Virus record (IMG/VR): IMGVR_UViG_3300045187_000097
Location: 1 to 40,866 of that record
Length of the DNA: 40,866 nt
Direction: 5' to 3' (one strand)
DNA from: a virus
Taxonomy: Duplodnaviria > Caudoviricetes
Shown piece by piece: positions 26,379-33,758 of the stretch. Numbering within the stretch: the first letter of the stretch is position 1; the number at the start of each line of letters is the position of its first letter. A program made the position numbers and the translations under genes. The notes under the pieces were generated by a model. That model was not told where the DNA came from, ran no database searches, and worked only from the letters and a program-made list of their open reading frames with translations.

Positions 26379-27641
26379 ATGTCTGATTTACAACTTTCTT
26401 TGAGTGAATACTTATCTACAGTTCAAGAGGTTATACGTGTAGCTTTTGAAGAATCTGTTTGGGTTAAAGCTGAAATTAGAAACCTAAGTATCAAAGGTGG
26501 TCATTACTATTTAGAATTAGCTGAAAAAGAAGAAGACACAGATAAAATTATTGCAAGTTGTAAGGCAACAATTTGGAAATTCAGTGCTGCAAAAATAGTT
26601 CTGAAATTCGAACGTGAAAGCGGTATAGAATTATCTAGAGATTTAAATGTTTTAATCAAAGTTAAAGCTGTATTTAGCCCTCAATATGGCTTTTCAGTAA
26701 ATATTGAAGCGATTGATTCTAGTTATACGCTTGGTGATATTGCACGGCGGTATCAACAAATTTTAGAAAGATTAACTGCTGAAGGATTAGTTCACAAAAA
26801 TAAATCAATTCCAACCCCTTTTGATATTCAAAATGTCCTGGTAATCGCTCCTGAAAATGCTGCCGGTTTAGGTGATTTCAAGAAAGATGCTGATGCACTT
26901 CAAAAAGCCGGTGTGTGCAATTTTGTATACCACTCTGCCACATTTCAAGGAAACACCGCACCATTAAGTATTGCTGAATCACTGTCGAATGCTTTACGGC
27001 AATGGGCTAAAGCATTTAGTTCTCCCCCGGATCTAATTGTAATTATTCGAGGTGGTGGTGCAATTAATGATCTTGCATATCTGAATGACTATGATTTAGC
27101 GGCCCTACTCTGTAAACGTTCAGTCCCTATCTGGGTCGGTATTGGCCATGAAAAAGATCGGACCATTTTAGATGAAGTAGCTCATCGTTCCTTCGATACT
27201 CCAAGTAAAGTCATTGGAGGAATTCGAAATTTAATCGTGGATCAAGTACAAGACGTAATAGATTCTCTAAATAAGATTAAACTTTTATCACAACATCAGA
27301 TATCAGCTTACCAAAGCCAAAATGATCAATATATTAAAGTGATCAAAACACTGGCACATGGGCAAATTAATGACGCTAATAAGAACTTAGATTTGATGAA
27401 AAGTACGATTCAATATTTAGCCCAACAACAACTTAAATTGGCCTCCACGCAAATTGATGGTTTACTTCGAGAAACTCTATTGCAAAATCCAAAAAATGTT
27501 ATGGCTAAAGGCTATGGTATTGTGAGAAGCAATGGACAAGCAATTCGATCTATTCAACAAATTTCAAACGATAGCATCCAAGTTGAATTACAAGACGGTT
27601 CTATTGATGCAAAAGTAATAAAGGTGCACAGTAATGACTAA
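26379..27641 (+). CDS. xseA: Exodeoxyribonuclease VII large subunit
   Basis: OB-fold VWVKAEIRNL..GGHYYLEL; DLIVIIRGGG, GIGHEKD, TPS; C-terminal P..VMAKGY. Confidence 0.93.
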   Translation: MSDLQLSLSEYLSTVQEVIRVAFEESVWVKAEIRNLSIKGGHYYLELAEKEEDTDKIIASCKATIWKFSAAKIVLKFERESGIELSRDLNVLIKVKAVFSPQYGFSVNIEAIDSSYTLGDIARRYQQILERLTAEGLVHKNKSIPTPFDIQNVLVIAPENAAGLGDFKKDADALQKAGVCNFVYHSATFQGNTAPLSIAESLSNALRQWAKAFSSPPDLIVIIRGGGAINDLAYLNDYDLAALLCKRSVPIWVGIGHEKDRTILDEVAHRSFDTPSKVIGGIRNLIVDQVQDVIDSLNKIKLLSQHQISAYQSQNDQYIKVIKTLAHGQINDANKNLDLMKSTIQYLAQQQLKLASTQIDGLLRETLLQNPKNVMAKGYGIVRSNGQAIRSIQQISNDSIQVELQDGSIDAKVIKVHSND

Positions 27642-27831
27642 AAAAGAATTAACCTTCAAAGAAGGCTATGAAGTTCTCAAGAAAAATGCAGAACTATTAG
27701 AATCTCAAGAAGAACCTGATATCGATAATTTAATGAAAATTGTTGAAGAGTCTATGTCAGCTTACAAAGCCTGTAAATCACGAGTGGATGCGGTTCAACA
27801 GGCATTGAATGAGACTTTTAAAAATGAATAA
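27634..27831 (+). CDS. xseB: Exodeoxyribonuclease VII small subunit
   Basis: LTFKEGYEVL...LE...CKSRV helical hairpin; overlaps the xseA stop. Confidence 0.85.
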   Translation: MTKKELTFKEGYEVLKKNAELLESQEEPDIDNLMKIVEESMSAYKACKSRVDAVQQALNETFKNE

Positions 27832-28659
27832 TTATGATATTGTTATAGTTTTTACCCCTTGTAGAAAAACTATTATAATTACTCCATATATTACAATCCC
27901 AATCATTATAAATATATACCATGGTACATTTTTATAATTACTAATTAGATTATTTGAAGAATGTAGAAGTGAAAATAAAGAAGACCCAACCAGTGCCATA
28001 TTAAAGATTAACAACAGTATTAATTTGAAATTTTCACCCCAACCCATATATACAGTTTCGATTTCATAAGGATAATAATATAAAAATATCCCAATATAAA
28101 GCAATATGATAAAAATTGATAATATCAATGAAATAATTTTAGAAGAAGTATCAACAATAGTCATAACAATAAACAAAGTTATCATGTAAAGAACAAATAC
28201 TAACCCTTCTAAGAATATTATCTTCTCGTAATAACTCATTATAAATCTTGAAAAAATCACACATGCAATGAATAGTGCAAGCATTGTAGATTGATTCAAA
28301 TTAAATTTAAAAAATTCTTCTTTTAAGTTAAAAGTAGAATTACTTACAACTTTATTATGAAAACTTGCTTCAGAAATAGCATTTTGCAACTCAACAAGCC
28401 CCTTGGATTTAATTTCAAATATATTTTCATCATTCATCCAAAGTTTTTCATCAAATATTTTTTTTATTTTTTCTCCATGTGGCTCTCTGATATCTATGAT
28501 CAATAACAGTCTTGCTCTTAATTCACTTTTTTTACTTACATAACAACATTTACCATCTAGTAAAGAAATCTCACTTAACCATTCCTTCAATTCATTTTTA
28601 GGGTTTTGTAAATTGGATTCTAAGTTTTCAATGTTCATTTTTATATCTTCTAAAAGCAT
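27832..28659 (-). CDS. AT-rich membrane protein (soluble N-terminus + ~5 TM segments)
   Basis: Multiple hydrophobic segments in the C-terminal half; directly downstream of Q. Confidence 0.7.
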   Translation of the reverse strand: MLLEDIKMNIENLESNLQNPKNELKEWLSEISLLDGKCCYVSKKSELRARLLLIIDIREPHGEKIKKIFDEKLWMNDENIFEIKSKGLVELQNAISEASFHNKVVSNSTFNLKEEFFKFNLNQSTMLALFIACVIFSRFIMSYYEKIIFLEGLVFVLYMITLFIVMTIVDTSSKIISLILSIFIILLYIGIFLYYYPYEIETVYMGWGENFKLILLLIFNMALVGSSLFSLLHSSNNLISNYKNVPWYIFIMIGIVIYGVIIIVFLQGVKTITIS

Positions 28660-28704
28660 TGTATGAATTATATCAAATCCAAAACTTCAAACGCTTTTAA
28701 AAAT

Positions 28705-29205
28705 TCAACTAAAATCTATAAATCCATATTTACAATGCAAAGCAGCCAACCCACACTTCACATCAGAACGTGCATCATTTTGAGTACGTTTTTGTGTCAC
28801 CATCTCTGACCAGGAACAACCATAAAAGTATCGACTAATCACTGCATCCATCCAATCATCTAATATTTCAGATTGTCCTTGTAGATCTAAAATTAAACGT
28901 TGTACAGCTCTCGCCTCGTTATCATTTATTTCACATGTTAGACGAGTCTTTCTTGGCTTTGCTTGTCCAAGATCTTCCATGAGATAACCAGTAATAATTT
29001 TTAATCTTTGTTCAGGGCTCAATTTTTTATATTTCTTCTCTTTTACAGCATTATCCATAGCTATAGCGATTGGATTTACACTTTTTCCTGTAGGTCCTGT
29101 ATTGGTATATAACCAGGCACCAAATTGATATAACCAGCCTTCTAAGTCAAAACGCGACCAATCAACTGTTTGTAAAATATGTTGTGTTGCGACTGCCGTG
29201 CCCAT
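28705..29205 (-). CDS. Late antitermination protein Q-like
   Basis: LEGWLYQFGAW, CEINDNEARAVQRL, RYFYGCSWSEM; last gene of the early-right operon. Confidence 0.75.
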   Translation of the reverse strand: MGTAVATQHILQTVDWSRFDLEGWLYQFGAWLYTNTGPTGKSVNPIAIAMDNAVKEKKYKKLSPEQRLKIITGYLMEDLGQAKPRKTRLTCEINDNEARAVQRLILDLQGQSEILDDWMDAVISRYFYGCSWSEMVTQKRTQNDARSDVKCGLAALHCKYGFIDFS

Positions 29206-29207
29206 CT

Positions 29208-29621
29208 TTATAAATCCCCTACCATCATCTCTATCTGTTGAACCGCTAAACCTGATTTGACTTGCTCTGTACTAAACCGTAATACCTGATATCCCATTAA
29301 CACAGCAGCGTTGTATTTCTCCATATCACAGATATATCCCTTACCTCGAGTGTGACGTCCGTTACTCCAAACACCGCCTTCAACCTCAACCAATATCTTC
29401 TTGCCTACAATGTGAAAATCTGCACGCCACTTACGTTTTGGATAGAATTTATATTCCTGTTCAAAGCTAATTTTTAAAACTCTTAACTGGTTGGCCAATA
29501 TTGATTCACCGATACTTTCACCTCGATGATCTTTAACTCGAGTACTGCTTTTGTGCTTTGATTTCTTCCTGGTTTTAGTACCATAAAGCTTTTGATATTC
29601 AGCAATTGAGATGCTTTCCAC
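29208..29621 (-). CDS. PD-(D/E)XK / DUF559-like endonuclease (possible resolvase)
   Basis: EQEYKF...WRADFH...ILVEVEGG.W..GRH...DMEKYN. Confidence 0.8.
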   Translation of the reverse strand: MESISIAEYQKLYGTKTRKKSKHKSSTRVKDHRGESIGESILANQLRVLKISFEQEYKFYPKRKWRADFHIVGKKILVEVEGGVWSNGRHTRGKGYICDMEKYNAAVLMGYQVLRFSTEQVKSGLAVQQIEMMVGDL

Positions 29622-30542
29622 TTAAGCCACACCTCTGCTCTTTGATTTAAATCCAACCATTTTCAGCTGTGATTTCCAGTTTTGGAGTTCATTGGGATCC
29701 GATAGTTTTGCAGCAATCCGGCTTGCCAGTTTTTCAAAAGATTCACCTGGCATACTGAATTGATTTATGACGTCTGGAAGTTGAGCGAGTTTATTGGCAA
29801 AAACATAAATCTGCTGCGGTGATGAGAAAAATACAGAATCAGAATCACCGCTTGATTTTCCATTTTGCGCTTTGTCGTATTTGTGACGGTTTCTCAAAAG
29901 TGTGTCAGCGAAGTGGTAAATCAAAAGATCATCACAAAGATCCTTGTCGGCATTGAAAAGTTCGAATGCTCGTTTTTCACGTTCAAACCAACTTGCTTCG
30001 ATAATCGACTTTGGCACTACCGTGGGATCGGCTTGATCTAATTCCCAACAAAGTTTTTTCAAACAAAGCCAGTCTTTTTTATTTTTAGATTCTAATGAGA
30101 GATTCCTTGGGAGATTCTGTGTCCCAAAATTGGTACTGGTCTCGGTACCAAAATTGGTACTGGTTCCAGTTCCATTATTGGTACTAGTACCGTTTTTGGA
30201 ACCAGTACCTAAATTAACACCAGTGTCGTTTTTGGTACTAGTCCCCTTTTTGGTATGGGTATCTGAACTATCTTCACGTCCAAATACACCAATTAATTGA
30301 TAGACTTTTACGCCATTCCCTTTAATTTCACCTGTGAATTTAATCAAACTTTTGAGTTCAAGTTCGTCTAAAACTTTGATGATCGTTTTGCGATTTAATG
30401 TTGTATCTTTCTCTAATCGTTTTAAACTTGGGAAGCACTTATGATCATCCCCAGCTCGATCTGCAAGAGCTAAAAGCACAAGCCTTTCACTTGCACATGA
30501 GACTGTAGCTTTCCAAGCCCATACGGTCGCATCTAAGCTCAT
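29622..30542 (-). CDS. Replication initiator (lambda O-like, N-terminal wHTH)
   Basis: LVLLALADRA...CFPSLKRL...NRKTI wHTH; central Thr/Gly repeats coincide with DNA iterons. Confidence 0.85.
   Translation of the reverse strand: MSLDATVWAWKATVSCASERLVLLALADRAGDDHKCFPSLKRLEKDTTLNRKTIIKVLDELELKSLIKFTGEIKGNGVKVYQLIGVFGREDSSDTHTKKGTSTKNDTGVNLGTGSKNGTSTNNGTGTSTNFGTETSTNFGTQNLPRNLSLESKNKKDWLCLKKLCWELDQADPTVVPKSIIEASWFEREKRAFELFNADKDLCDDLLIYHFADTLLRNRHKYDKAQNGKSSGDSDSVFFSSPQQIYVFANKLAQLPDVINQFSMPGESFEKLASRIAAKLSDPNELQNWKSQLKMVGFKSKSRGVA
30121..30260. repeat. Replication origin iterons
   Basis: ccaaaattggtactggt x2, ttggtactagt x2 and degenerate copies, inside the initiator gene. Confidence 0.75.
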
Positions 30543-30835
30543 AATTCACCGACCTTTGGCTTTACATATCCACCAAATGAAATGACCTGTTCAGCTTTGA
30601 TCAAACACGTAATAACCTGGTGTGCTAACCAAATTGTGATCTTGAATCGATAAGCCATCTTTTGAGCCAATTCCTCTTTGGTTACAGCTGCATTTTCTTC
30701 ATTGTAACCACGCATTCTTAAATTGCCTTTTTTGATATCATGAATGTGATTCAACAAAAGCAACGTAGGTTCATAAAAAGATTGGATTTCTTGAGTCTGT
30801 TTATGCTCAGGTTTACTTTGAAAATGACTATTCAT
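30539..30835 (-). CDS. Hypothetical protein (possible wHTH)
   Basis: 4-nt overlaps with both neighbours in the early-right operon. Confidence 0.7.
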   Translation of the reverse strand: MNSHFQSKPEHKQTQEIQSFYEPTLLLLNHIHDIKKGNLRMRGYNEENAAVTKEELAQKMAYRFKITIWLAHQVITCLIKAEQVISFGGYVKPKVGEL

Positions 30836-31077
30836 GAAACCTCCGCAATCGATTGCTCAATTTCATCTAAACGGCGTTTATGAAAAAGCTCAGGCAAAGT
30901 GGCAGATCGTATTTCATTTTCTTTAGCCAATTGCCCATTTTCCAATAGATATAGATCGTTCGGTTGATATGCTTTTACAGTCTGTAAATTATTAATTTTG
31001 ATATGATTCATAAATACAACCACATCACCTTTCATGAATTTGCTTATATAATTTTCATGTGATAGATTCGGTGTCAT
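30832..31077 (-). CDS. Hypothetical protein
   Basis: GGAG RBS; FMKGDVVVF...IRSAT motif. Confidence 0.7.
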   Translation of the reverse strand: MTPNLSHENYISKFMKGDVVVFMNHIKINNLQTVKAYQPNDLYLLENGQLAKENEIRSATLPELFHKRRLDEIEQSIAEVS

Positions 31078-31124
31078 TCGATACTCCTTGAAACCAATGA
31101 GTTATTGAAAGCGTGATAAACTAC

Positions 31125-31156
31125 AAAAGCCTGATTTAGCCCATCAGGCTTTTTTT
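31125..31156. terminator. Terminator-like hairpin at the end of the cII-like gene
   Basis: aaaagcctgat-ttagccc-atcaggctttt. Confidence 0.6.
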
Positions 31157-31407
31157 ATGTCTAAAATTTGATTTGGCTCAATTCGATCAGGATTCCCAAC
31201 CAGTCCCAAGCTTTCCCTTTTCTTCCTATTTTTATTCGCTCTTTCAAGCATTAAGCTAACTTCATGGAATTCACCCATGATTGCTTTTTCTAATAGGATC
31301 ACCGCTTGATGTGCATAGTCTTTTCCCCTTACGTCTGCTACCAGTCGCAATCGCTCCATCATGTCAGGGAGCATCTTCAAACGAAGATCTTCTTTTTCGA
31401 GGCTCAT
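31144..31407 (-). CDS. CII-position regulator (ribbon-helix-helix-like)
   Basis: Directly downstream of cro; DLRLKMLPDMMERLRLVAD. Confidence 0.6.
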   Translation of the reverse strand: MSLEKEDLRLKMLPDMMERLRLVADVRGKDYAHQAVILLEKAIMGEFHEVSLMLERANKNRKKRESLGLVGNPDRIEPNQILDIKKA

Positions 31408-31459
31408 TTTTCTCTCTATGTAAATTAATTAAAAATAGAAATCTTATCTTTAAGATTAT

Positions 31460-31678
31460 TTATTGATTGCTAGGATATAACTGAAAGTGATGATGAATCT
31501 CAGCTTCTGAAACCTCCCCCTTACTAGCATCTGCCAAGGCTTTGCGCAGGTTTCTTCGCGGTTCTTTATATCCATAGAACAAATGTGTCTTAATATAACC
31601 AACTGTAGTTCCGGCATCTTTTGCATATTTTTCTAAACTTGCTGGATTTTGTTTGAGAATGAAATCTCTAAAATTCAT
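31460..31678 (-). CDS. cro: Cro-like repressor
   Basis: YAKDAGTTVGYI HTH; divergent from cI. Confidence 0.8.
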   Translation of the reverse strand: MNFRDFILKQNPASLEKYAKDAGTTVGYIKTHLFYGYKEPRRNLRKALADASKGEVSEAEIHHHFQLYPSNQ

Positions 31679-31706
31679 AAATTAATCCTCACGTATTAAT
31701 TTAAAT

Positions 31707-31762
31707 ATTACCTTTTAGGTAATGCAAATACAACCTTTTTTCTTGTTTACCTTTTTGGTGAT
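31707..31762. promoter_or_regulatory. Right operator OR with PR
   Basis: 17-bp sites ATTACCTTTTAGGTAAT (31707-31723) and TTTACCTTTTTGGTGAT (31746-31762); minus-strand -35 TTGCAT at 31727-31722. Confidence 0.75.
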
Positions 31763-31810
31763 GAAACTACAATTAACAAATGTGATATGTCACAATAGAT
31801 TCGGAATATT

Positions 31811-32476
31811 ATGGACAGCAAATCAATTAGATATCAGAACACTCGCCTGCTCGTTGAACAGGTAGGTGGTGTATCCAGTTTTGCTGATAAAATTGGAAAA
31901 GGACAATCTCAAACAAGCCAATTTGCAGGCACAAATCCCATCAAAGGTATTGGAAATAAAGTAGCTCGTGAAATTGAAGATGCTTTTGATAAGCCTCATG
32001 GTTGGTTGGATCATCTTCATGATGAAAAACTAACATCGAAAAATGTGAATGTTTCTGAACCGATACCACTAGTAGGTAAGTTAATTCCAGTAATTTCATG
32101 GATTCAAGCTGGTGCTTGGACTACTGTTGAAGCTGTACCTGCAGGTACACAGTTTGAAGAGTGGTTACCGCCAAATCCCAAATGCGGAAAACATGGTTAC
32201 GGATTATTAGTATCTGGTGAATCTATGCTTCCAGACTTTCGCCCTGGCGATAAAATATATGTAAATCCTGACTTTCAAATAAATGATTTAAAAACAGGTG
32301 ATTTAGTTATTGTCGCTTGCGATGATGAAACAGAGGCTACTTTCAAAAAACTAATAGTAGAAAGTAATGGTATGTATTTAGAACCTTTAAATCCAAAATG
32401 GCTTGAGAAAATCATGGAGCTTCGTGAAGGTTGTAAATTGGTTGGAAAAGTTGTTGGACTTTATAGAGACGTTTAA
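31811..32476 (+). CDS. cI: CI repressor (HTH + S24 autopeptidase)
   Basis: N-terminal HTH; Ala-Gly cleavage site IQAG; catalytic GESM and TFKKL. Confidence 0.93.
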   Translation: MDSKSIRYQNTRLLVEQVGGVSSFADKIGKGQSQTSQFAGTNPIKGIGNKVAREIEDAFDKPHGWLDHLHDEKLTSKNVNVSEPIPLVGKLIPVISWIQAGAWTTVEAVPAGTQFEEWLPPNPKCGKHGYGLLVSGESMLPDFRPGDKIYVNPDFQINDLKTGDLVIVACDDETEATFKKLIVESNGMYLEPLNPKWLEKIMELREGCKLVGKVVGLYRDV

Positions 32477-32495
32477 TTAAAAAGGGGATTTCGCA

Positions 32496-32684
32496 ATGGA
32501 TTTTTTACATCAACATTTTTCAGAAATTTTATCATTTATTGGTGGAATATTTGCTGGTGGTATTGGTGGTATAAGTTTTACCAAATATTTCAACAAAGTT
32601 GATAATTCACAAAAAGTAAGTCAAAAAAATATTAATGCTGGTGGCGATGTTGCTGGTGGTAATATAGATAAATCGATAAGATAA
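32496..32684 (+). CDS. Small membrane protein with glycine zipper and C-terminal repeat motif; putative defence effector
   Basis: AAGGGG RBS; ILSFIGGIFAGGIGGISF hydrophobic helix; tail SQKNINAGGDVAGGNIDKS shared with the next gene. Confidence 0.75.
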   Translation: MDFLHQHFSEILSFIGGIFAGGIGGISFTKYFNKVDNSQKVSQKNINAGGDVAGGNIDKSIR

Positions 32685-32747
32685 AATGACTTCTCAAAAA
32701 AATATTGAAGCTGGTGGCGATGTTGCTGGTGGTAATATAGATAAATC
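32621..32747 (+). repeat. 54-bp direct repeat (32621-32674 / 32694-32747), 52/54 identical
   Basis: tcaaaaaaatatt[aat/gaa]gctggtggcgatgttgctggtggtaatatagataaatc; offset 73 nt. Confidence 0.95.
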
Positions 32748-33264
32748 ACAAAAAACTTATAATATCAACTTGTCAGGGAATGGAAGCGTTTCTCTACTTC
32801 AACCCTTTTTAGATATAATTGAAAAATTAGAAAAAGGGCAAAAAATTGATATTGAAGATGAATTAGATGATATTGAGCATTTTTCTCAACATCATCGCAC
32901 AGATACCAGAGGTCTTGTCCAGAAATTAAAAGATTCTGGTAGAGAATATATGATTGACGAAGCTGTACGATACAAAATGAAAGCTTCTAGATTTATTTTA
33001 CGTAATCAAGATAAACCAGCGTTACAGTATTTAATCGCTAGAATCCTAAGTAGGATAAAAATTACTTATGATTCATTGGTTGTACCACTTATACAAGCAG
33101 ATGCTTCAGTTCAAGTAATTGAAGAAATAATTTTCAAAGAAGTAATTACTCCTATACAAAATACTCTAATTGGGACACCATTATCTTCAAATGATGATTG
33201 TGTAATTCACCTAATGTATTTTTTAGCTGGTAATTGCCATATTTGTTGGGATAAGAAATGCTAA
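32686..33264 (+). CDS. LmuA-like / ABC-three-component C-terminal domain protein without an enzymatic effector
   Basis: GLVQKLKDSGR and C-terminal LMYFLAGNCHICW resemble ABC-3C CTDs; first of a CTD-MC-ATPase trio. Confidence 0.7.
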   Translation: MTSQKNIEAGGDVAGGNIDKSQKTYNINLSGNGSVSLLQPFLDIIEKLEKGQKIDIEDELDDIEHFSQHHRTDTRGLVQKLKDSGREYMIDEAVRYKMKASRFILRNQDKPALQYLIARILSRIKITYDSLVVPLIQADASVQVIEEIIFKEVITPIQNTLIGTPLSSNDDCVIHLMYFLAGNCHICWDKKC

Positions 33265-33758
33265 TTTATCACCCAGCTTTTGATTCAAGTAACTGTTGCT
33301 ATAGATTAATAACACTTTTTAAGAATCTTTCTTCTAATACTATACTAGAAAAAGATAGATTGAAAATAATTGATTTTTATGTTGTTTTCCCAAAAAAACT
33401 CAGCGCAACTAGAGTTCCAAATGAATTTAGAAAGCTTAAATCTGAATTAAAAAAAATTGATGATACATATAGACCGTGTAGTAACCCATTTTTTATGGCA
33501 AAAAAAATTGGAGGAATTCAAGAACAAGTATTAAATAAACTTGTTAGTAATAAAATTTTGAATTTTGATACGAAGTCGGACTCTTATAGTAGAGGTGAAA
33601 ATTTTTCTAAATTTGCTATTGAAGGAACTTTAAGCCCATTACTTTCTAAAGAAATTGAAAAAATTTTTCTTGAATATCTAACGACTTATCCATTAATGGG
33701 TAAAGATGGTATTAAACACAGAACTCTTTTGATGGAGTATAGATATGACAACATATAA
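33258..33758 (+). CDS. LmuC-like / ABC-three-component middle component
   Basis: MLIYHPAFD..C.YR N-terminus, IIDFY..FP, G.DGIK.RT.LMEYRYD C-terminus. Confidence 0.75.
   Translation: MLIYHPAFDSSNCCYRLITLFKNLSSNTILEKDRLKIIDFYVVFPKKLSATRVPNEFRKLKSELKKIDDTYRPCSNPFFMAKKIGGIQEQVLNKLVSNKILNFDTKSDSYSRGENFSKFAIEGTLSPLLSKEIEKIFLEYLTTYPLMGKDGIKHRTLLMEYRYDNI

Noticed and set aside
25200-27831. Possible retron associated with xseAB
   Set aside because: No reverse transcriptase and no convincing msr/msd inverted repeats in the window; only a short cagatg-ac-catctg hairpin.
30121-30260. Repeat cluster as a possible CRISPR array
   Set aside because: Short degenerate repeats without unique spacers, inside the initiator gene; these are iterons. 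No cas genes are present.
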